Source: Sarea resinae
Lineage: Eukaryota
Direction of reading: 5' to 3'
Assembly: GCA_026026165.1 (NCBI GenBank)
Contig: JAPEUD010000043.1
Location: 1 to 64,000 of the forward strand
DNA length: 64,000 nt
The position numbers were made by a program, and so were the translations under genes. This document shows positions 1 through 10,307 of the stretch, piece after piece (the first letter of the stretch is position 1; each line of letters starts with the position of its first letter). Below the pieces are notes generated by a model. That model was given only the letters and a program-made list of their open reading frames with translations. It was not told the DNA's origin and searched no databases.

Positions 1-126
1 CCCTAACCCTAACCCTAACCCTAACCCTAACCCTAACCCTAACCCTAACCCTAACCCTAACCCTAACCCTAACCCTAACCCTAACCCTAACCCTAACCCT
101 AACCCTAACCCTAACCCTAACCCTAA
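1..126 (+). repeat. Telomeric repeat array (CCCTAA)21
   Basis: 21 perfect CCCTAA units from base 1; canonical filamentous-ascomycete telomere (TTAGGG on the minus strand). Confidence 0.99.
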
Positions 127-2758
127 AATTTGTAAATCCTAGGAAGACTTAGAGGTTATAATAGGTCTTAGAGGCTAGCCACTCTTTTATAGTGTCTACC
201 TAGCTCTTCTCTATTGCGATACTATTAGTCCTAATAATAAATCCTAAGAAATTAACTTTCTACACTTTAAAGATATATTTTAAGGGCTTTATATATAGGC
301 TATAGGTTGATAGCTGTTTAAGGACCTAGTGTATATACTTCTTATACTTATTAGGTGAATTAGAGTATATAAGAATGTTATCTAGATAGATAACACAGCA
401 GATATTAACTAGGCCTTATAATATATAATTAATATAGCTCTAAAATGTAGCAAGTGTATTAGCTAATCTAAAGAGCATAACCTTATATTTAAACTAGTTG
501 TAATAAGTGCAGAACGCTGTCTTATACTTATCGCCTTTATAGATCCTTATATAGTAGTAGGTATCCTTTAGGTCTAGTTTTAAAAAAACTTTAGCACTGC
601 TTATTTAGTCTATAAGCTTAGAAATAAGAGGTAATAGGTATTAATTCTTAATAGTAACCTTATTTAACGCTTAGTAGTTAATATAAAGTTATAAGCTACT
701 ATTCTTTTTAGGCACAAATAAGATTAGCGCACTAATAGAGCTTATAAAGAGAGTGATCTACCTCTTTACTAAGCTGTTATCTAGGTAGGTCTGTAGAATA
801 CCTAATTCTTTCTAGGATAATAGATATATAAGACTATAGAGAGAGTCTTTACTCTCTAACTTAATAGTATAGTTAGCTAGACTATGCTTAGAAAGTTAGC
901 TAGCTTTCTCTTTACTAAAGATAGAAGCAAATTCTTTATACTATTTAGGTATCTTATTACTAGCGCTAACCTAGTAAAGCTTTACTACCTCTATAGGTTT
1001 AGGCACTACTATAATCTCTTAGTAGTTTAGCTAACGTTTTTTCTAATGTTCTTTACTAAGCCTAGGCTTATCTATAGGCTTAATATAGCTAAATTTACCT
1101 TCTAACTAATATATATTATAGTAGTATAAGAATAGCTATAGATACCTAAGTAAGAATAGAGGACTATTAAAGTTATAGGTAAAGAACTAGCACTACACTA
1201 TCTTCTTTATACTATTACTATTAGCAACTTGTATTTCTAATTAGTATTAGCTGTAAATCACTACTTATAAGCTATTTACTATTACTACACTAGGTAGCTG
1301 CCTAAGCTTAGCCTTAGAGATCCTATACTCTTTAATCTATAATTATAAAACTAGAGAAGCTTCTACTCTTAAATTAATTAAGGTAGTGCTATTTGCTGTA
1401 CTACTAGAGGTGTAAATAGTTAGCAATGTCTCTAATCTTAGAGTTAGAGCTCTTTAAGATTCTTCTACACTAAGATAGTAAATAGTGTAGGGTTCTAGCT
1501 CTAGTTATAAAGCTAGTGTAGGCCTATTATTGCGTTTATTCTTATAAGTAGAAGTAAAGTAGCTCTCTTAGCTATAGTTTAGACAAAGGTTACCTTCTTA
1601 CCTATAGTAATACTCTTTATTAAAGAGCTATTAAGGCTACTATATAGTCTTATTACCTTTATTATTTTTAGGCTAAGCAGAAGTTTTTTATTCTTATAGA
1701 GGTAGGCTTTTACCCTTATATTTAGTAGGATTAAACTTTTATTTAGTTCCTTATTTATTCTAGCTCTTTTCTTTCTCTACACTATTACTATGCTATTGCT
1801 TATTATCTAGCTTAGATAGATTAGGGTTCTTATTCTTATTCTTTTTATTGCTTATATAAAGGAGTTTCTCTACCTAATTTGCTAACACTATAGCAGCGCT
1901 CTACTTTTATAGTATAGGTAGAGTTTAAAGCAGTTCCTAGTAAATTTCACTTTAGATCTTAGTATAGAATAAGTTGTATTGCTGCTTTTTAAGAATGTCT
2001 TATCTTTCTAGCACTTCTAGTTTAATCTGTTCTAAGAAAGCTGTAAAGCTATTAATACTCTAGTGCAGCGCCTGTGTAGCGTTATAGTATAGCTATAATA
2101 TTAAACTACTTTAATTTACTAGATCTTCTACTTAGTCTAGTAAGAATAAGATAAATTTATCCTAGGTATAGATATCTTTCTTAGTAGATTCTTTAACCTA
2201 GTGCTATACTAGCGCTAGTTTGTCTTTTAAGTACTATATAGTATATAGCACCTTTGCTATATTATTACTTTTATCTATAATAGTACTTAGTTAGAACGCT
2301 ATCTTATAGGATTAGATAAATTTATTATACTCTTTAATTATCTTACTTATAAATAGCTTTAGAGCTTAGATTTTAGTCTAGTTAGTAATATAAGGTGCTA
2401 GTATAGCAGCTATAAGGCTTTATCCTAGCTATAATACTTATATAAGTGCTTATAGTTATTATTCTATATAGAACTAAGCTATCTCTCTTTAAAGTTAATA
2501 ATATTAAGCTTACTACTCTTTAGCGTTATACTCTTACTATATTTAGTCTAGTAATTAATTAGTAATCTAGTTAGAGATAGGCTTTTTAACTTTACTTTCT
2601 ACTTAGCTTACTACTATCTTACTATTATCTCTATTAGCTTCTTTACTTAGTAGAGTATTAAGAGCCTTTATAGTATTATATATATTTATTATTACTATCT
2701 TACTTAGTCTACTACTATATTAGTAGAGCGTTTAGAATTATTAGACTACTTTCTAAAC
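127..2758 (-). mobile_element. Ty3/Gypsy LTR retrotransposon relic, gag-pol body, truncated by the telomere at the end of RT
   Basis: Minus-strand translation gives gag LYYNATQALH*SINSFTAFLEQ (~2090-2025); zinc knuckle CLNYS*ESYFTSTY = CLNCGQEGHFASTC (1585-1544); protease TLINLRVEASLV = ALIDSGAEASLV (~1385-1350), in frame with the knuckle; RT KGDKYKTAFCTYYN*FKYKVMLFRLANTLATF*SYIN and VIYLDNILIYS (YLDD motif), then L*VFLGFTNF ending at the telomere. Confidence 0.93.
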
Positions 2759-3299
2759 TAGGCTATCTACTTAGGTTTAGGTACTTAGCCTAAATTAAGG
2801 TTTAGGCGGGTTAGCCTGCCTGATTACATAATCAGGTTAGGTTTAGGCAGGCTTAATTAGCTGTAGGGCCTACAGCCTACCTATTAGGTATATACAGGTT
2901 GATTAATAAGATAAAGAGTAGATTAATAAGATAAGATTATTAAAAGGTAATATATAGAGGTAATATCTAGAGAGTAAATGCGATAAAACTATAGGAATTG
3001 TAGAATAAGAATAATAGTATAATAATACACTCTATATGTTTAGTTTATAGTGCCCTACATAATCTACACTATATAAAAACTACTAAATCATCCTCTAAAC
3101 CTTTATAATGTAGTATGTTTTACTAGAACTAATTCTACTCTAACAGAGATAAATATATGCTGTAGCATATACAAAGCAAACTACTACAAGTGTAACTATT
3201 CACGCAATTAAGAAGGAAATAGACTAGTTCTAGAAGAGAGCCTCTATGCCTTTAACCTAACAAATAAATTATCTACAGTTAAACGCAGGCGCTTTCTTT

Positions 3300-6023
3300 A
3301 AGACAATATAGATTAAGCGTTATTATACCTAGAGCGTTAAAGCAAAGACTGCTGCTATAAAGCAGGTTTATCTAGCTGCACTATAGGTAGAGGTAGAAGT
3401 AGTAAAGAGTGCTTATCACTAGAAAACCTATACAGGTCTGTGTTATCCTATATCGCAGGCCTACTATTAATTAAGGTTGGCTTATTATTATCACTAATAA
3501 CAAGTAAATAATCATTAAATTCAGCTGATAGCGTGTGTTAATAATTAGTGTCCTTAGAAATACTGTTAGATTTATCTTTACCTATATAGAAGCAGAGTTT
3601 ATCGCGATTAAAGTGCTTTACAACTATAGTGTTCTAAACTGTTTCTGCTAAAAAGCGACTTTAACAAAAGGTAATAAGGTCTTATACCTTATTAAAAGTC
3701 TGTTTAACACTAACAGCAGCTCTAGGTATAGTAAGAATGTCTTTTACTATTTGTTTAAGCAAGGGCTAGTAGTGTGATCGCTAGAACTAGTAGAATGTCA
3801 GCACCTACACATAGAAATGTTACCTAAAAGTGTTACCTGCAAAGGATCCTTATAATCTATAGCTGGCGAAGATAGATACTAACTAACTAGATCTGTAATA
3901 AAGCGATGTTGTTTCTAAAGCGTCTTAGCCTATGCAAGTGAATTAACATCTAATGCTGATATAGAGAGTGCAGCAACATCTAAGGAGGTAACTTTAGTTC
4001 TTACATAATGCAACTAATAATAGTCCTTAAATTCGCGCTAGTACTTTCGCAAATATTTATAGCCCTAGTTATTAGACTTCTTAGCTATTAGCAAAACATT
4101 CCTAGAGGATAAGGTAAAGGTAACAGATTTAGGTAACATACTTTATATAGATTAAGCCTTGTTAAGGGATTAAGGATGCATGCTAAATTAAACATTCTCC
4201 TCTGTACTCCTTTAGTATCTTAGTAGTACTTAGAGAGCTTAGTCTTTGCTGCTTCTATAGCAGAAGTAAGCTCTTGTTTCTAAGGTGTCTGCTTAAGCCG
4301 TATCTTGTTTAGATGCTTCTCTAAGTGCTTAAAAATCTGAGAGTATACAAACTAGGTCTTGTAGATAGTTACGCCTTTAGTCTAAGACACAGCTCTTGTC
4401 TAATCATTAAATAGCTTTAGTAAGACAATTAGATAGCGAATATAGTCCTAACTAGTAGGAGAGACACGAGTTCTGCGTATAGCAGGACTAGTTTCGCTAA
4501 TAAGAAACATCTAAAGGGCATCTCGCAGCTGCTAGGCCTGCTTCAGCATATTATATATTAAGTTCTATTGAGTTTTAACATCTTAGATTATATTAACTAG
4601 CGTTAGCTGCAGATTACAAAAGCGTGTAGTTTGCTGTAATAAAGCAGCAATATAGATAGCAAGTGCATAAATCTAGAAACTTTAGAGGTAGTAATAGACA
4701 AGGGTTGTTAGCACTTACCTTTTACAACGTGCTGCTAAAAGAGTCTTTAGAAGGAAGCTGCTAAAGCAGCTCTTAGTCTGTATCTAACTAGGTATCTTAT
4801 ATAGACTTGTTTAAAGCAGTAATTTTTAGGCACTTATTAAAAGCCACGACTGCAAGCTGAATGACATACATAAGGCAAGGCACACAAGCAACCTTATAAT
4901 CCTATACAATCTAATAGTGATTAGCAAGTAGACTTATTAGCTCTTAACGCATTGTGTTGTTATTACCTGCGTTATCTGTTGTCACAGCTAGTATACAATC
5001 CTACAATGTAATGTTACCTAAAAGCGTTACTATAAACATTAAAGACAAACCTAAATGTTAAAACACTAAAGTCGATTAAGTAGTAACGTAGCTATGTTAC
5101 AACTAGAGTGCTCTCTAGTTATCTTTTTAAACCCTAGGAGGACTTCCTAGTAATTCTAGTCTTTGTTAATAAAATACCCTATTATAGAAAGAAAGGATAT
5201 CTTATTTAGACTTTGCTATACATCTAGTGCGATAGAAATTTTGGTTTCTAGGCCTAGTCTCTATAGGATCCTTAGTAAGATCTCTGTATATCGATTATAA
5301 ATGTTATTATAAACCTATTATCGCCTTAGAATTCAAAGGCCTAGCTAGTAAAGAAGGAAGCATTGTTTAAACTAGTGGTTTTCTATAATCTGCTATAGAA
5401 GATTTGCTAATAGAATTATCTTAAGGAGAAGGCGTTACTAGCTTAACTAAGAGAATAGCTCTAAGGTTTAGAGAGTCTTTAGTGCTAAAGCATGTTGCTA
5501 GCATTAAGGATAGAGGTATTAGTTAAGAGATCTATTACATATAGCGATATCTTACTATAGTCTAAAGAGCCTTAAGTGTGTGTATTGTGCCTGCTATAAG
5601 AGACTAAGCACACTCTAGAGAGCTATAGTGCTGTTTTATTGCAGAAGTGCCTGTCCTCTTAAGACTAGAATGCTCTTACTAACGTCTGTATTATTAACAC
5701 ATTACCTCTAGGCAGCTAGTTGCAACATTAGCAACCTAGTAGAAGAGAGACTAGGTTGTGCTTTTCCGCGTCCTAGAATCCTATTAAGGGCTTCTATATT
5801 AACCTATATCTGTATAAGCAGTCTGCTACCACTAGAAGATAAAAGTATTATGATATAATTGCTGCTAAATAACTATTCGCTGTGTAGGATCTCTTTGTAA
5901 CACCTCTAGAACATAGTGAATCAAAGCTAAAGTAATAGTTATAGGTTTAGACTTAATAGCTGTAGACCTTTATGTACTATCCCTAAGTTCCTTATAGTCT
6001 AATGTTTCAAACGAATTAGACAT
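3300..6023 (-). pseudogene. hAT transposase, RIP-inactivated, several introns; 3' end approximate
   Basis: ATG at 6023 (acaATGt). N-terminal SLFY*VANVATSCLEVMC; ANLL*QIIENH*F; ISIALDV*QSLNKISFLSIIGYFINKD (first catalytic Asp region, ~5240-5160); I*DVKTQ*NLIYNML = QDVKTRWNSTYDML (~4590-4545); dimerization domain KDILTIPRAAVSVKQTFNKV*DLITFC*SRFLAETV (~3750-3640). Confidence 0.92.
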
Positions 6024-6349
6024 TGTAAAGGAGAAATTTATAGCGATAAGAAAGTGCAGAAGGCCTTAGAACATATAGCAGAGTAAAGAGGTAGGAAGTG
6101 CCCTTAACTAGAGAAGTATTTGCTTAAATGTTGATATTAAAGGTTGCTAGGTTTAGCATAACTAAACAAACACAGCAAAGAGACTATAAAGAGAGTAATA
6201 CAATACAGCTATCTACTAGAGTTATTAGGAGAGAGTTTATACAGCTAAAATTTAATTAAGAGAATGTGCATTCCTAACGTGATTAATATACACAATGTTA
6301 CTAGTAAGTGTTACCTTTTTAGTAAACTAAATTCTAGAGAAAAAGTGAA

Positions 6350-8300
6350 AATCCACCCCTAGGCAGACATAGACTAATAAAGAAAAGCCACTTAGCTATA
6401 ACTGCCTCTCTACTTATCGCTATCCCTAGCAGCACTAGAACTAGAGTCCTTCTCTTTAGCATTATTAGTAGAGTTATCCTCACTCTCCTCTATATTAATA
6501 GGAACATTCTTAGCTGTTGTTAGTAGAGCCTCCTCTATAGCAGATCTAGCAATAGCAGGGTCCTCTCCTTTAGGAATATCCTCTAGCTAAGTTTTCTCTC
6601 CTATAGTTAGCAGCACAAAGTCTTCCTTATCACTTAAGATTAGGTTAATATCCTTATCAGATAATAGAAACACTTCTGCTTCTAAATTGCTAAACCTAGT
6701 AAAATTAGTCCTAGCCTCTGTATCACTATTAGAGAGGGTTGCACAGTCTTTAACCTGCTCTACAAACTCTAACATTACCTCCTTTAGATTAAGATCACTA
6801 GCTTCTACTAGATTATTATAGCTATAGCGGTAGATATCTCTCTTATAGCAGCAGACTACTTTTAGCAAGCGACTTCTAATGCGTTTGCCCTATGCTCTAA
6901 ATAACAAGTCAGGCTTATCTAAATTTTGTCCTTGCTAAACTAATTAGATAAATGCTGCAAAGAAACGTTACCTAAAAGTGTTACCTTAGGATCGGCACCA
7001 CTATTAGGTTAGCTATCTCTATTGTCTTTAAGTAGCAAGATATTAACAACATCCTTAACTATCTACTTGTTATCCTTAGCCTTTGCTTTCTCTGCCTTAA
7101 TAGCCTTTTACTGCTGTATAGTAACCTACTTAGCAGACTAGTAGAGGAAAAAGCGTCGTTCTATTAATTTGTCTATTTTAGGGTCTATAACAGTCTCTTT
7201 AAAGTCTTATCGTTGTGCTGTTATTATACTAGCGTAATTATTCTCGCGACAGAGTTTGCCTCTTAAGGTGGATTTTGCTTTCCTATCTACTCTATCTGCT
7301 TTTTTTAGTGTCTTCTTAAACTTAGTATCGCTGAGTTTACTATCTAGCTCTAACTCTAATGCTTTAGACTTTGCTTCCTTAAGCTACGCTCTAGCAATCT
7401 GTTGTTGTTTGCTGTAGAGAACTATCCTAAGCCTTATCTTACTAGTATAATGTCTTTGTAGGCAGGCTTTTACACGTTCTACTAGGCTAGCTATCTCTAG
7501 GTCAAATGTTCTCTTAGGATAAGAGGAAGTTGTAGGGGTTGCACTATAAGTTGCACTAATATTAGTCACTAGCAAACAATATTACCTAAATGTGTTACCT
7601 TAGACATCTCTTCCTAAGAGTAGAAGAGTCTAAGCTCTCTAGCTTATTATTAAGGTTAATCTCCTTCTGCTTCTGTCCTTTAGATATAGTCCTATTACTT
7701 TATTAGCTTTGTGTTTAGAAGTGTTACTAGGATATGTTACTACTTCTACTTCTTATAAGCCTTTCCTACTTTGTCTAAAAACTTTGCTTTTCTAACCTTG
7801 TCTAAGAAATTTGCTTTTGTCTTCTTAACAACAAAGACTATCTTAACTTTATTGCTGCTGTTATCACTAGAGTAGCACTATCAGCAGATATCTACAGAAT
7901 GTGTTACCTAAATGCGTTACCTAGCCTTACTATCTGTCTTCTTATTACTACTTCTTTTCTAACTGCTGCTACTATACAGAGAATTGTTTATAACTCTATC
8001 CTTAAGATCTATAGGCAGTTAGTTATTGTCTTTATATTCTTCTATATCTAGACTTAGCGCAGTTGTGCTAGATTTAGCTTTCTTAAGCTTTTGCTGTTTC
8101 CTAAACTAATGTAAGCCTTTTGTAGTACTATTATTACCTTAATGTGTTACCCTTAGCTCTAAGCTGCTAGTAGGCTATGATTTCTAGGAAGAAGTAAGTT
8201 TCACCTTACTTTTATCTCACTTAGAAGTCTAGAACTCACCTCTTCTTTATAATAACAGTTTTCTCTATAGCTGCCTTATTTTAAGAGAAGCTTGTAGGAG
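6350..8300 (-). pseudogene. Unidentified multi-exon cargo gene relic inside the hAT element
   Basis: Coding-like minus-strand frames broken by TAA/TAG, e.g. KETVIDPKIDKLIERRFFLY and RIRSRLLKVVCCYKRDIYRY, including ORFs 6587-6868 and 7384-7575. Intron-like segments end in ttgcag/gctag/ctgtag. No family recognised; boundaries approximate. Confidence 0.5.
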
Positions 8301-8391
8301 ATGTAAGTGATTTAGAGAGTAATTAGCTAGCTATCTTATCACTTTCTACTGCCTAAACAGTTAGAGAGTTAATAGGATTAATGAAATTAAT

Positions 8392-8848
8392 GAAATCTTA
8401 ATAATGTTAATAACAGAAGTAATAAAATTAGAGAGAAAGAGCAACCCTCCTACTATAAGAGAAGGTTGCTAATAATGTAGGTAGTAAGGTTAAATTACGT
8501 GGTGGATTTAGGCACGCAAGATTTAGGCAGAAGGTACGTACCTTATTAAACAGTTAATAACATTCACTGCAAGGTACATACCTTATTAAACAGTTAATAA
8601 CATTCACTGCAAGGTACATACCTTATTAACTAGCTAATAACACTAACTAAGGTATATACCTTGCAGTAAATATTTACCTTAATATTATATAGGTCTACTA
8701 CTTAATTTAACCTTACTACCTATATTATTAGCAACCTTCTCCTATAGCAAGAGGATTGCTCTCTCTTATTAACTTTGTCACTTCTATTATTAAACTAATA
8801 AGACTTAATAAACTTTATCACTTCTGTTATTAGTATTATTAAGATTTC
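8392..8848. repeat. Inverted repeat (arms ~8392-8509 and ~8691-8848) enclosing a 40-bp tandem repeat (8531-~8670)
   Basis: gagcaaccctcctactataagagaaggttgctaataatgtaggtagtaaggttaaatt is mirrored at 8691-8766, and 8392-8430 is mirrored at 8808-8848. The centre has two near-identical copies of aaggtacRtaccttattaaacagttaataacattcactgc plus a degenerate third. Confidence 0.9.
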
Positions 8849-9128
8849 TCTCTTAGTGCTCTTTAAGTTTTAAGGTTAAGGTGAGTTTTAGAACTACTAC
8901 TTAATAGTAACACATTTAGGTAACATTTAAGACTGCAAAGGCACTCAGCTAATTATTCCTAACTACAGACAACTCTCTAGATTCTTTCTTTAATACTAAC
9001 TAAAGATTCTCCTTTAGCACTCTCTACACTACACTCTTACTCTCTTAACATAATTATAGTCACTAATACAGTAAGTTATTCTTTCCTACCTCTACTAGTA
9101 ACACTTAATAGTAACATTTTACTAGACA

Positions 9129-9861
9129 ATAGCTTGTACTAAGCGTACTACCTGCAAGACTGTCCCTAGTACTAGTAGGAAAGGAAAAGGAAAAGGTAAG
9201 GGAATATCTGCTGCTAAGGCTTATTGTGTTACTAGTAGCAAATCCCTACGCAAGAACTTAGCTAGTATAGCAGCATGCAAAGGTTGTCTTGCTACTAGAC
9301 AACGCTTCACTACTAGCACATATGCTAAACGCTAAAAGGCCTACAAAGATGCTATAAAAGCATAGGTTTATAAGGATACTGCCTTTTATAGTTGTAGTAA
9401 GGTTTATAGTGTGCCTAAACTAATCTAACTCTGTTGCACTTGTCTAGGCAGTAAGTCTTAGTCTCTAAACTCTAAGGGTAACACATTATAGTAACATTTA
9501 AACACTATAGCATCTGCACTCTATAAAATCAAGAGATTGCAAAAATCTATTAATTTAGTCATTCTAAAGCTCTCTTTCTAGCGCCTAGTCTGCAAGGTTA
9601 TATCTTATCACTGCTACCTCCTTAGAGAGCTCTGTTTTTAGTTATTAGCTATATATGCCTTGCAAGAAGCCACTAAGGCTTTTATAGTTAGGTTCTTTAA
9701 AAGTGAGTTTTTCTATCTCTTCTTCTATTCTATACTTAATTTTTCTAGATGTGCTTTAGGCCTGCATTTATTAGAACTGTGTGACTATTAATTACAAAGA
9801 CACTTAGTTTATTAAGGCTTTAATAAAGGGCTTTAGTATCTAGATCTCTAGTGACACATAG
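9129..9861 (+). pseudogene. Histone H3-like variant gene, RIP-inactivated, carried by the hAT element
   Basis: Exon 1 (9129-9450) IACTKRTTCK...TSSKSLRKNLASIAACKGCLATR...CCTCLG = MARTKRTARK...TGGKSPRKNLASxAARKGRPATG...RRTRPG. Intron 9451-9510. Exon 2 TSALYKIKRLQKSINLVILKLSF*RLVCKV...LCF*LLAIYALQEATKAFIVRFFK matches H3 [28 protein letters not shown]...LRFQSSAVMALQEA. Intron 9703-9748. Exon 3 ACIY*NCVTINYKDT*F matches AIHAKRVTIMPKDIQL. 3' end approximate. Confidence 0.9.
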
Positions 9862-9909
9862 GTTAAGTTTCTATAGCATTAGCTCTAAGGTTTTACTAGT
9901 CCTAGTAGC

Positions 9910-9957
9910 GCAATTAGGGATGCAATTAGGGATGCAGTTAGGGATACAATTAGGGCT
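9910..9957 (+). repeat. 12-bp minisatellite (GCAATTAGGGAT) x4
   Basis: Units gcaattagggat, gcaattagggat, gcagttagggat, acaattagggct downstream of the H3-like gene. Confidence 0.85.
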
Positions 9958-10307
9958 TCTCTAGTCTTCTAGTCACAGGTCATAGGAAGTTATAAGAGGC
10001 TTATAGTTTTTCTCTGCCTTTTAGCATTTTTAGTCTTTACTTTACTTAGTCTACAATAAAGACTTAATAGACTTAGTAACATATATAGGTAATATTTGTA
10101 GAGTAATAGCGGCTTTTTAATGCTCTGTAAAACATGCCCTACAATCTATGCTATTTTAGCTACTATCTTTATGTCATGTGATAGGTACCTACACCTACCT
10201 ACTAGGTCTTATCAGGTAGGTTGATTAGGGCATAGGTACTTAATACCTATACCTAGGCAGGTTCTTCTACCTCTACCTACCTAGTAGGTACCTAAGTAGA
10301 CACTCTA

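Larger units (their letters stand above)
2759..10307 (-). mobile_element. Complete hAT-superfamily DNA transposon (7549 bp) with cargo genes, nested in the Gypsy element
   Basis: Left end TAGGCTATCTACTTAGGT (2759-2776). Right end reads TAGAGTGTCTACTTAGGT on the minus strand (10307-10290). Identical 8-bp TSD TTCTAAAC at 2751-2758 and 10308-10315, the length typical of hAT. Short repeated subterminal motifs at both ends and an internal hAT transposase relic. Confidence 0.92.

Noticed and set aside
2862..3059. Apparent solo LTR bounded by TGTAGGGC...GCCCTACA
   Set aside because: The flanks (ttagc/taatc) are not a TSD, it lies inside the hAT subterminal region, and GCCCTACA recurs near the other hAT end (10136), so it is more likely a subterminal motif.
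3200..3470. Possible plus-strand third cargo ORF
   Set aside because: Better explained as the antisense shadow of the transposase C-terminal tail.
8531..8670. CRISPR-like repeat
   Set aside because: The units are contiguous with no unique spacers, the context is eukaryotic and there are no cas genes.
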